This document shows positions 50,712-59,697 of a DNA stretch of 64,000 nt, one piece after another. Origin of the DNA: Bdellovibrionota bacterium (GTDB lineage Bacteria; Bdellovibrionota_C; UBA2361; JBIKUX01); assembly GCA_044347345.1 (NCBI GenBank), contig JBIKUX010000009.1, positions 27,508-91,507 of the forward strand. Reading direction: 5' to 3'. Positions within the stretch are counted from its first letter, which is position 1. Every line of letters begins with the position of its first letter. The position numbers were made by a program, and so were the translations under genes. The notes under the pieces are model-generated. The model had not been told where the DNA came from, did no database searches, and worked only from the letters and a program-made list of their open reading frames with translations.

Positions 50712-51161
50712 TTGTTGAAAAAAAACTCTGACATTTCTCCTTCTGACCCCTTGAATATGAAATTCATTAGGCTTTTAAGTGATCAAGGTATCACTGGTAA
50801 AAATCTATTGTATGAACCGTTAAACGAACTTTTTGTTCAGATCAGACAGTCTTTACCAGATAGTTATAATGACTTTAAGAATCTTATCCAAAACAAGCCG
50901 CTTCAATATCATTTCTTATGCTCTGGAATCTCTGACGAAAATATCGAAGATTTAACTTTTGCTCCGGACATTGAGTACATAGTAGTAGTAGTAGTAGATG
51001 ATAGTAGTGGTCAGGCTTCCCTTGGAGTATTTTTTACTTTTACTTCTAGCATCACTAAAATTTATGGTTCTGAAGCACAAATTAGTATTAGGGCTTATTT
51101 TACAGCGAGCAAGACTAATAATACGATTAAGGTTAACTGGACTATCGAGGAGATTAAATAA
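50712..51161 (+). CDS. Hypothetical protein
   Basis: 149-aa ORF, no recognised motif; may start at the internal ATG (MKFIRLL). Confidence 0.5.
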   Translation: MLKKNSDISPSDPLNMKFIRLLSDQGITGKNLLYEPLNELFVQIRQSLPDSYNDFKNLIQNKPLQYHFLCSGISDENIEDLTFAPDIEYIVVVVVDDSSGQASLGVFFTFTSSITKIYGSEAQISIRAYFTASKTNNTIKVNWTIEEIK

Positions 51162-51367
51162 TTAACCAATAAAAAGTTAACAAATGGCATGGTAGTAGAT
51201 TGAGTCGGGTGAAATGCTCAAACTTTAGCTGTTGGAAGCTATGCACTATAGGAATTTAAAGCTGACCGTTTTATTTTTTCATTAATGACCCAAATAAAAA
51301 TTCTTTTTAACCGTTGGGAACGGCAATATTTTTATTCTACAAGATAGTCCCTTTCACGGGCGTTGCA

Positions 51368-51397
51368 TTGACTTCAATTTGTTGGCTCTGTTAGACT
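51368..51397 (+). promoter_or_regulatory. Putative sigma70 promoter driving the repeat array and tRNA-Lys
   Basis: TTGACT-18 bp-TAGACT with extended -10 TGn and GC-rich TCTGCCC downstream, as in stable-RNA promoters. Confidence 0.65.
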
Positions 51398-51432
51398 TCT
51401 GCCCGTTGGCTTTAACCGTGGAAAAGTAGATT

Positions 51433-51947
51433 AGGCCGATAGCTCAGTCGGTAGAGCACTGTGGATGTTTTTAGTTGCTCTACCAACTGAGGTGTTTGTC
51501 AAATACGAATGTTTGACTGAAACGTAAAAATTTGTGGGCCGATAGCTCAGTCGGTAGAGCACTGTGGATGTTTTTAGTTGCTCTACCAACTGAGGTGTTT
51601 GTCAAAAACGAATGTTTGACTGAAACGTAGAAATTTGTGGGCCGATAGCTCAGTCGGTAGAGCACTGTGGATGTTTTTAGTTGCTCTACCAACTGAGGTG
51701 TTTGTCAAAAACGAATGTTTGACTGAAACGTAAAAATTTGTGGGCCGATAGCTCAGTCGGTAGAGCACTGTAGATGTTTTTAGTTGCTCTACCAACTGAG
51801 GTGTTTGTCAAATACGAATGTCTAACTGAAACGTAAAAATTTGTGGGCCGATAGCTCAGTCGGTAGAGCACTGTAGATGTTTTTAGTTGCTCTACCAACT
51901 GAGGTGTTTGTCAAATACGAATGTCTTACTGAAACGTAAAAATTTGT
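51433..51947 (+). repeat. Five tandem 103-bp units, each beginning with the 5' 26 nt of tRNA-Lys
   Basis: Units start at 51433, 51536, 51639, 51742, 51845; the tRNA starts exactly one period later at 51948. Confidence 0.98.
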
Positions 51948-52020
<73 letters not shown>

Positions 52021-52593
52021 AATTTTTAGGAATCAGTTTTTACATACCTGGGGATGTGGTGTTCGAATTTTTTTAGTAGACATCCATCTTTCTAACCTGT
52101 AGGTCACTACCCCTAGGTCACTGCCCCGCAAAAACTAATACAACAGTTAACAAAGCAGATTATTACCCTAACTAATGCTGCCTGCTTAGAATACTGTCAG
52201 CTAATAATGCTGATTGCTAAGTCGTGCAAAAGACAAACTTCAAAAAGTAAATTTGATACGAGAAAAGCCTCCTAACAGTAAATAGGCAGTTATAGCCTAT
52301 AGTGCAGGTGTAAACCGCGAATAAATCAATTAAAAAACTAAAGTTAAAGTAGCTATTACTACTATATTCAAGCCATTTTTATAAATCTTTCCTTAACTTA
52401 CATAGTAAGAATAAATAACAGTGGTAACAGTAACAGTGGCAAAAAATTCCTACCGGCAAATTTTGCCTGTAACATATTGAAATTAAACAAAAAAAGTTAA
52501 AGCTCGCGAGTAATAGATCCGTTATCTAATATGTCACCACCATACTTTTAAAAACGTATGAGTTTAAACTAACTGTTTCAAGGAGGAAACATC

Positions 52594-53454
52594 ATGGCTC
52601 TTACAATTGGAAATAACATTGCGTCCATTCAGGCGCAGCGTAAATTAGGAATCTCAACTCTTGCTCTTGAAGGAGTTTATGAGCGACTAAGTTCAGGACA
52701 ACGCATCAACCGCGCTGCTGATGATGCAGCTGGTCTCGCTATCGCAGATTCTTTAAGAGCCCAGCAACGAGTAGCTACAGTAGCAATTCGGAATGCAAAT
52801 GATGGGATATCAACTGTAGCTATAGCCGATGGTGCTTTATCAGAAATAGGATCAACCCTATCTCGTCTCGCTGAATTATCTGAACAGTCGGCTAACGGCG
52901 TATTTTCTGTTGTTCAGCGTTCCGCTCTTCAAAATGAATTCGTAGCACTTGCCTCAGAAATCGAGCGTATAGCGGTAACTACTACGTTTAACGGTGTTAG
53001 ACTCCTCTCAGGTTCAGGTGATTTCACTCTCCAAGTGGGATTTGACGCAGCCTCAACAGCTCAAATTCAGATTAAAAATGTTCAAGGAACTCTAGCAGCA
53101 TTAGGTTTAGCGGGACCCGGTACTTCAGTCCTTACTTATTCTATTACTGGGACTTCAATTGAGCTAGGCCAATCGGCAGCAAGAGCCTCTCTTGACGCTA
53201 TTAATTCGGCAATTACATCACTTGCCGCAACACGGGGAACACTTGGTGCCGCTGAATCTCGACTAAGAGTAGCAATAAATAACTTATCGGTATCTAGGGA
53301 AAACTTTGCCTCTGCTGAAAGCCGCATTAGAGATGCTGACGTTGCTGCAGATGCTGCTGAGCTAACCAGACTAGGTATCCTGCAACAAGCTGGCTCTGCC
53401 GTCCTTGCACAAGCTAACCAACAACCAAGCATAGCTCTAAGTCTACTAGGTTAA
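52594..53454 (+). CDS. fliC: Flagellin
   Basis: RLSSGQRINRAADDAAGLAIA, NANDGIS, TTFNG, LQVG, AESRIRDADVA, LAQANQQP; AGGAGG RBS at 52581. Confidence 0.97.
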   Translation: MALTIGNNIASIQAQRKLGISTLALEGVYERLSSGQRINRAADDAAGLAIADSLRAQQRVATVAIRNANDGISTVAIADGALSEIGSTLSRLAELSEQSANGVFSVVQRSALQNEFVALASEIERIAVTTTFNGVRLLSGSGDFTLQVGFDAASTAQIQIKNVQGTLAALGLAGPGTSVLTYSITGTSIELGQSAARASLDAINSAITSLAATRGTLGAAESRLRVAINNLSVSRENFASAESRIRDADVAADAAELTRLGILQQAGSAVLAQANQQPSIALSLLG

Positions 53455-53491
53455 ATAAATAAAAATTTTAATTAATGGATTAATCATGAAA

Positions 53492-54397
53492 CTAGCAAAG
53501 GCGTTGGAGGTCTTCGCGACTCTCCACCGCTAATATATTTATCCCAAAAGACTGAGCAGCTTGAACTACCTGATGAGGTTCAAAAATTAAAGTGGTATTC
53601 GCTCGGACAAGAAGGGTATTTAATTTAGCGGCCGACATCATATTGAGCGTAGCTACTCCTATCGAGGGCAAATCAAGACGTAGATCCTGTTGGGGTTTAG
53701 ATAATTTAACCACTACTCCACCAGCACCGCTCGATAATAAACCTGCTCTCTTAATAGCTGAATCTGTTCCCTCCACTGCCTCTAAAGCGATAACCACCCC
53801 ACGAGAAACGACCACCGTTTGCCCAATATCAAGAAGCCCGAGTGCTTCTGCAGCATCCCAACCAATTAAGAGGTCATTACGGTCGGAGACTGAAATTGGA
53901 CTATAGCTAACCAACAAACCACTCGGAATTAACCATTTTTGAAGCACCAGAGACGCAGAAATAATCTTAATACCTGCATCTTCAAACTCACTTGCTACGC
54001 CTCTGAGTAAAGAATCATCATGAAGTGATTTGATACGTTTAATGATCCTAAGAGCCCGCCAATCAAGAGCAAGAGGTCTTTTTTTTTCACTCCAAAAACG
54101 ATTAAGTAAAGGGATAGCATCAACCACTCCCACTCTCTTAATACCACCCAAAAATGCGGCGGTCTTGACTCCATTACTTCGAAAAAACTTAACAATTTTA
54201 TCAACTTGTCCAAGATAAACCCAGACGATACTAGCAGCCATAGTACTAATGCTTGGATCAGTTTCACCAATATGAGCAGCTACTACAACCTTAAAGCCTT
54301 GCCGCTTAGCCTCTTCAATAAACGCTAAAGGAAAATTACCATTACCGGCAATTAACCCTAGGGTCTTGTTATCAGCCGGAGAAATTATCCCATTCAC
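53492..54397 (-). CDS. lpxI: UDP-2,3-diacylglucosamine diphosphatase LpxI
   Basis: GLIAGNG.FP, DIGQTVVV, ALEAVEGTD, KPQQDLRLDLPSIG; follows lpxA. Confidence 0.93.
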   Translation of the reverse strand: MNGIISPADNKTLGLIAGNGNFPLAFIEEAKRQGFKVVVAAHIGETDPSISTMAASIVWVYLGQVDKIVKFFRSNGVKTAAFLGGIKRVGVVDAIPLLNRFWSEKKRPLALDWRALRIIKRIKSLHDDSLLRGVASEFEDAGIKIISASLVLQKWLIPSGLLVSYSPISVSDRNDLLIGWDAAEALGLLDIGQTVVVSRGVVIALEAVEGTDSAIKRAGLLSSGAGGVVVKLSKPQQDLRLDLPSIGVATLNMMSAAKLNTLLVRANTTLIFEPHQVVQAAQSFGINILAVESREDLQRLC

Positions 54398-55254
54398 GGT
54401 TGTAACTCTGGTACCCTACCTCTACGAATGCTACAAATGCCTCGAGTAGAGCATTTAACAAACTGAATTAACCTGTTGGCTGGCTCACTCAACACCGCAT
54501 CAAGTTCTGCTAGTTCGGCTACCATATTCTCAAGTCTATCGGTTGTGATGCCACAACTGCGCCTTCCAAACAATTCACGAAACAGCTTACGAAGTAAACG
54601 AACTGCCTCCTTAGACATCAGAGCTCGCTCCAATCCTACCGAGTTAAGTCCAATAAGCCGAGCTCTATCGCCTTGCACCATACAAAATGGCGGTACATCT
54701 TGAGCTACCATGGAACCACCACTAAGAATTGCTAGATCCCCTATCCTTACAAATTGATGAATACCCACTAAGCCCCCAATTGTTACACGGTCTCCCACTT
54801 CCACATGACCAGCAATGGCGGCACTATTCGCTACTACATTATGACTGCCAATCCGCACATCGTGAGCAACATGTGCAGATACCATAAACAAGTTGTTGTC
54901 ACCAACAATTGTGGTCATACCCCCCTTAGCTGTACCACGTTGGATGGTAACATATTCCCTTATTGTATTACGGTTTCCTATGACTACGGAGCTGTCTTCT
55001 CCTGCGTATTTAAGATCCTGAGGAGCCGCTCCTAAAGAAGAAAATTGATATATAATATTGTCATCCCCTATGGTAGTTCTACCATCAATAACTACATGAG
55101 ATCCAATTTTATTATTTGTACCTATCACTACATTTCCACCTATAATGGAATATGCACCAATACTAGTACCCACACCCACAACTGCTCCGTCACTTATTAG
55201 CGCTGTAGGGTGAACCACAGTTGTTGGGTCTTTGGTCATGATACAAGCACTCAA
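54394..55254 (-). CDS. lpxA: UDP-N-acetylglucosamine O-acyltransferase
   Basis: Hexapeptide repeats, PQDLKY, IRE.VTI.RGT, HVAHD, HQFVRIG, DVPPF; likely start ATG 55239. Confidence 0.96.
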   Translation of the reverse strand: MSACIMTKDPTTVVHPTALISDGAVVGVGTSIGAYSIIGGNVVIGTNNKIGSHVVIDGRTTIGDDNIIYQFSSLGAAPQDLKYAGEDSSVVIGNRNTIREYVTIQRGTAKGGMTTIVGDNNLFMVSAHVAHDVRIGSHNVVANSAAIAGHVEVGDRVTIGGLVGIHQFVRIGDLAILSGGSMVAQDVPPFCMVQGDRARLIGLNSVGLERALMSKEAVRLLRKLFRELFGRRSCGITTDRLENMVAELAELDAVLSEPANRLIQFVKCSTRGICSIRRGRVPELQP

Positions 55255-55291
55255 ATCATTATCTGTTTATACTATATTGAAATAACAAAAT

Positions 55292-55777
55292 TTAATCGGC
55301 CTCCATAGCACTTACCCGAGCAGAGGCAGCAAGCTTCCCATCTACAGTAACCGTACCGGTCATAATCCACAGTGGTCGTCGTTTTTTTTCTGATCTCATC
55401 TCTATAAATAAAGTATCTCCCGGCACTATGGTGCGCTTCCATTTAACATCCGTAGCACCCACTAAATACATATATTTACCTTCAATGAGTCCATCACTGG
55501 ACACCTTTGCTAAAATGGCAGCTGTTTGAGCCATAGCCTCAAGTATCATAACTCCCGGCATTACAGGACGACCGGGAAAATGTCCCGGAAAAAATGGCTC
55601 ATTGTGAGTAACTGCTTTAACAGCTAGTATTCGGGTGTTATCTTGCACTTCGATAACCTTATCAACCATTAAAAAAGGGTAGCGATGAGGCAGAAGTCCA
55701 AGAACCTGAACCGCATCATACACAACTTCACCGCTAAAATATTTTTTGTTATTAATATCACTTTCAGAATGGCTCAT
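55292..55777 (-). CDS. fabZ: 3-hydroxyacyl-ACP dehydratase
   Basis: LPHRYPFLMVD, NEPFFPGHFP..PVMPGV.ILEAMAQ. Confidence 0.97.
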   Translation of the reverse strand: MSHSESDINNKKYFSGEVVYDAVQVLGLLPHRYPFLMVDKVIEVQDNTRILAVKAVTHNEPFFPGHFPGRPVMPGVMILEAMAQTAAILAKVSSDGLIEGKYMYLVGATDVKWKRTIVPGDTLFIEMRSEKKRRPLWIMTGTVTVDGKLAASARVSAMEAD

Positions 55778-55835
55778 GAGTTCCCCTACCGCAGCTAAAG
55801 CTTAACAGCCTGAATATTTAATCCGTATATTTATA

Positions 55836-56459
55836 CTACAAGCTGTCAGCATCAAGTGCCTGAATGATTTTTTCAGTTATATCTAACTTCTTTGAATAAT
55901 GTAGAACTACAGCGGGATCAGCTTCAAGAACAACTATGTAGCCATGCTGCTTACCAAAAGCCTGTGCTACCTTGTCTACTTGACGAACTACCTGAGCAAC
56001 TTCCGCACGATTTTGCCTCACTAGTTCATCGCGCCTATCTGTAATTGTACGAGCAATCTCACGCTCACGCTTTTTTAACGACAATACTTTTTCCTCTAAG
56101 GCTTTTCCAGAAAGTACAGCTTCCTGTTTTTCCACTTCAGCTTGTGTTCTAGAATACTCTTCTTTTAATTGCTGAAGCTTTACTTGTTCCTTCTTAGCTA
56201 TAGCCTCTACCTTCTGTTTAGCATCTTGTCCTATTTGTGACCGATCAATTACTCTCTGTATGTCTACTATGCCAACATTAGGCTCACTCTCTGCCTGAGC
56301 GACACTCATAAGTCCGTTAACACTAGTCGGTTCTACAATGCCTGTAGAACCAATAATACTAACAAGTATTAAAAGTACACTAACTATAAATCTACCAAAA
56401 AGCCACTCGCTTACTTTGGGTAATGCTCTTGATTTGTCTATCACAGCCTTAGTCTCCAA
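55836..56459 (-). CDS. skp: Skp/OmpH periplasmic chaperone
   Basis: GIVDIQRV, long coiled coil, LDITEKII; between bamA and fabZ. Confidence 0.88.
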   Translation of the reverse strand: METKAVIDKSRALPKVSEWLFGRFIVSVLLILVSIIGSTGIVEPTSVNGLMSVAQAESEPNVGIVDIQRVIDRSQIGQDAKQKVEAIAKKEQVKLQQLKEEYSRTQAEVEKQEAVLSGKALEEKVLSLKKREREIARTITDRRDELVRQNRAEVAQVVRQVDKVAQAFGKQHGYIVVLEADPAVVLHYSKKLDITEKIIQALDADSL

Positions 56460-56467
56460 TTCTTTTA

Positions 56468-58882
56468 TTATAGCGGTGCACCGAATGAAAATTGCGTTTG
56501 AAACGCTCTCTCACCACGCTGGCGGTCCACAGGAAATCCAAATTCTAATCTAATTGGGCCGAGCGGAGAGGACCATCTTACTCCTGCTCCATAAGCCTCT
56601 CTGAGCTCACTAAATTCTATACCCTGACCATCATCAAACGCATTTCCAATATCATAAAACACTACACCCTTTAGCCCAGCAGAATTTATAAGCGGAAAAA
56701 TCATCTCCAAGTTGTTTATAAATTGACTACTTCCTCCAAATTCATTCCCTTGCTCATCTTTTGGACCCATGGATCGGTTACGAAAACCACGCACAGAATT
56801 TATACCACCAGGAAAAAAACGCCTAAAAAGAGGAAATACCTCGTTATTGAAAGTATCCCCGTACCCTACTCTAGTTCTCCAAGAAAACACAAAACGTCCA
56901 AGTGACGTATCAGCCAAAGGTTCATACCACTGCTGACTTGCTTCAGCCAAATAATATTTCTGATCACCACCAGCACCAGCAAGTTCAACAGATATATCCT
57001 GACGTGAACCATTTTCAGGATTAAGAGGATTATCTATCTTATTTCTAACTAAGCCCGGAGTAAACGCAGAAGAAGTAGTTACGCCCTGCGAGGCTACAAC
57101 GAGAGGAGCTGCATTCTCAGGATTAACATTCAATATTTCATTTCTGTATAAATCATATTGAAGGGTTGACTGAACATCCTGAAACGACGCACCAAAAATT
57201 TGTTCTAAGGGATATCCTAATACTAAACCACCTCCACTTTGTTGGCGATCAAAGTCAAAAAAATTTCTGCGACTATGTACAGCGTTGATTCCACCTCGTA
57301 CAAACGAGTCAGCAATTCTCGGATCATTAAATGATAAGATAATATCATTTCTGAATGCTCCCAGATCAGCATTAAGGTCAACGCGCCGTCCTGAACCAAA
57401 TAAATTATTTTCTGAAACCCTAGCATTAAAAAGAGCGCCGTCAAAACTCGAATAGCCAGCCCCAAAGCTAAACGAGCCTGTAGAAGCCTCTCGCACGTTT
57501 ACCAGCAAATCAATCTCATCTTCTTTTTGAGTAGGCTCATTCGCTACCGATACCTCTTCAAAAAATCCAAGACGACGGAGAACTTCCTCACTTCGCCGAA
57601 CTTTTTTACTCGAGTACTCATCTTGCTCTCTGAGTCTCACCTCACGCCTGATCACATTATCGTATGTTTTAGTATTTCCTTGGATTTTTACCCTCCTAAC
57701 TTTTACCTTCTTGCCTTTGCTTACTTCATATTCAACTTTTACAAGTCGCCTATCTCGATCAATGAGGGTATTAGGAACTACGTTTGCGTAAGCATATCCA
57801 ATGTCACCAAACTTATCGGTAATCGAAAAAGCATCTTGCCTTACTGCTGAGGCGTTAAAAATATCTCCTCCTTCAAGGCTGATACCTTTTAAGGTTTTTT
57901 CAGCACTTTTTTCTATCAAATCCCCAGAAACACCAATCGCTCCTACGCGGTATTGCTTACCTTCAGATACCACAAAGTAAACTCTAAGCTCTCCGTCTCC
58001 AGATTTCTCAATTGAAGGCTCACTTACAGTGCCGTCAATATATCCGTTATCAAATAGGTACTGACGAATTCTAGAGCGGTCAGACTCAAGTAAAGCTTCA
58101 TTGACCCGACCAGTACCAAAAAGCCAAGAATTCCACCACTTATACCTTTTTGTTTCGATAGTATCTCGAAGCTCATTCGCATCAATCTCTTGGAGCCCAC
58201 GAAACTCAATCTGATCAATACTATATTTTTGCCCCTCAGAAATGGTGAACGTCACATCCACTTGATTATTACCTACAGGAAGAACTGTAAAGGAAACATC
58301 AGCATCATAGAATCCTCGACCTTGATAGTAAGTTTCGCCACTTTTCTCGAGAGCAACTAACCGCCTTTTATCTAGAAAACGCGAAGTATCAAAGCGAAAT
58401 ATATCAGCAAGGTCTGTATCACTTACAGCTTTATTACCTTTAACGAATACTTTACGAACAGCAGGCTTTTCAACAACCGTGTAAACTAATACAACACCTG
58501 AGGATGTTGGGCGCCGACTTACTGATACCTGATCAAAAAAACCAGTCTGATAAACTGTTTTTACATCATTAGATATCTGCTCAGATGTTACAAAACCAGA
58601 ACTACTCTTAAGTTGAAGTTTAATGGCACTTCCATCTATTCTGTTGTTTCCTACTATTTCAACATCAACAACACGAATAAGATTTTTTTTATCTAAATTT
58701 AAGTTATTCCCATTCATCTCTTCCGGCTGAGCGATTACAGGGGCGACCATAAATGAACCCAATAAGGTAGCAGCAACAAGCTTAACTAGTTGGAGTTTCC
58801 CTTTCCTATCATAACTTTGCTTATAATTAAGTAAGGCTTTACCAATAAAAGTTTGCGCTGAAATTGCTTTATTTATTTTCAT
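56468..58882 (-). CDS. bamA: Outer membrane protein assembly factor BamA
   Basis: POTRA repeats (GN.RI, GNTKT.D.VIRRE), SVRGF, W.SPLGPIRLEFG; ATG 58882 preceded by a purine-rich RBS. Confidence 0.96.
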   Translation of the reverse strand: MKINKAISAQTFIGKALLNYKQSYDRKGKLQLVKLVAATLLGSFMVAPVIAQPEEMNGNNLNLDKKNLIRVVDVEIVGNNRIDGSAIKLQLKSSSGFVTSEQISNDVKTVYQTGFFDQVSVSRRPTSSGVVLVYTVVEKPAVRKVFVKGNKAVSDTDLADIFRFDTSRFLDKRRLVALEKSGETYYQGRGFYDADVSFTVLPVGNNQVDVTFTISEGQKYSIDQIEFRGLQEIDANELRDTIETKRYKWWNSWLFGTGRVNEALLESDRSRIRQYLFDNGYIDGTVSEPSIEKSGDGELRVYFVVSEGKQYRVGAIGVSGDLIEKSAEKTLKGISLEGGDIFNASAVRQDAFSITDKFGDIGYAYANVVPNTLIDRDRRLVKVEYEVSKGKKVKVRRVKIQGNTKTYDNVIRREVRLREQDEYSSKKVRRSEEVLRRLGFFEEVSVANEPTQKEDEIDLLVNVREASTGSFSFGAGYSSFDGALFNARVSENNLFGSGRRVDLNADLGAFRNDIILSFNDPRIADSFVRGGINAVHSRRNFFDFDRQQSGGGLVLGYPLEQIFGASFQDVQSTLQYDLYRNEILNVNPENAAPLVVASQGVTTSSAFTPGLVRNKIDNPLNPENGSRQDISVELAGAGGDQKYYLAEASQQWYEPLADTSLGRFVFSWRTRVGYGDTFNNEVFPLFRRFFPGGINSVRGFRNRSMGPKDEQGNEFGGSSQFINNLEMIFPLINSAGLKGVVFYDIGNAFDDGQGIEFSELREAYGAGVRWSSPLGPIRLEFGFPVDRQRGERAFQTQFSFGAPL

Positions 58883-58898
58883 GCCTTCCTCGTGAAAT

Positions 58899-59603
58899 TT
58901 AAGCTTCTGCACTAGATATTTTTTGCTCAAGGCCACCTTCCGGGGTCATCTCCACAGTAACAGAAGCTCGTGCCGCAAGAGCTCCACTGTGAGTTACAAT
59001 TATTACCGTACAACCGTAGTCTTCTGGAAGAGCGAGCAATATATCTTCCACTTTTTTTGCACTATCTCTATCGAGATTCCCGGTAGGCTCATCAGCAACT
59101 ATGAGAGGAGGTTGCGCAACTACAGCTCTAGCTATAGCTACTCTTTGTTGCTCACCACCAGATAGTGCAGATGGTAGATGTGAACATCGACTAGATAACC
59201 CAAATTTAGCTAACACTGCCTTTGATCTTTTAATCGCCTCACTTTGGCTAAAATTTTGAATAAGAAGCGGCATAGCAACATTTTCAAGCGCAGTGAAGTC
59301 TGGCAAAAGGTGGTGAAACTGAAAAACAAAGCCGATATTCTGACCTCTAAATTTTGCAAGCTCCTCAGAAGATAGGGACGACAAAGATGTTTCCCCTATC
59401 CAAACTTCACCCTGCGTCGGAGAATCTAAGCCCCCTAATAGATGTAGTAGAGTGCTTTTACCTACTCCAGACGCACCTACTATGGCTGTTGTGGTAGCTG
59501 AAACAAATTCAAATGAAAGTTCCTTAATTACCCTTAAAGTCTTTTCAGCATCAAGGTATTCTTTAGTTAAGTTTTTTACAGCTACACGAATACCAGCACT
59601 CAC
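58899..59603 (-). CDS. lolD: Lipoprotein-releasing ABC transporter ATP-binding protein
   Basis: GASGVGKSTLL, GFVFQFHHLLPDFTALEN, LSGGEQQR, ADEPTGNLD. Confidence 0.93.
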   Translation of the reverse strand: MSAGIRVAVKNLTKEYLDAEKTLRVIKELSFEFVSATTTAIVGASGVGKSTLLHLLGGLDSPTQGEVWIGETSLSSLSSEELAKFRGQNIGFVFQFHHLLPDFTALENVAMPLLIQNFSQSEAIKRSKAVLAKFGLSSRCSHLPSALSGGEQQRVAIARAVVAQPPLIVADEPTGNLDRDSAKKVEDILLALPEDYGCTVIIVTHSGALAARASVTVEMTPEGGLEQKISSAEA

Positions 59604-59697
59604 GCTAATTTTTCCTATTTAAAGCACACGGCATTTTTACCATTAACAAGAGAGAGGATAAGCGATTTAAACGCGACTGTAAAAAATAAATTGTTAA

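Noticed and set aside
51480-51898. Three 70-aa minus-strand ORFs (MVEQLKTST...)
   Set aside because: By-products of the 103-bp period, overlapping each other in shifted frames and antisense to tRNA sequence.
51433-51947. CRISPR array
   Set aside because: The sequences between the conserved parts are near-identical rather than unique spacers, the repeat is tRNA-derived, and no cas genes are in the window.
51433-51947. Five additional tRNA genes
   Set aside because: Units contain only tRNA nt 1-26; no anticodon arm, T arm or 3' acceptor strand.
52021-52593. Integrated prophage or island at the tRNA-Lys 3' end
   Set aside because: No integrase and no duplicated tRNA 3' end seen in the window.
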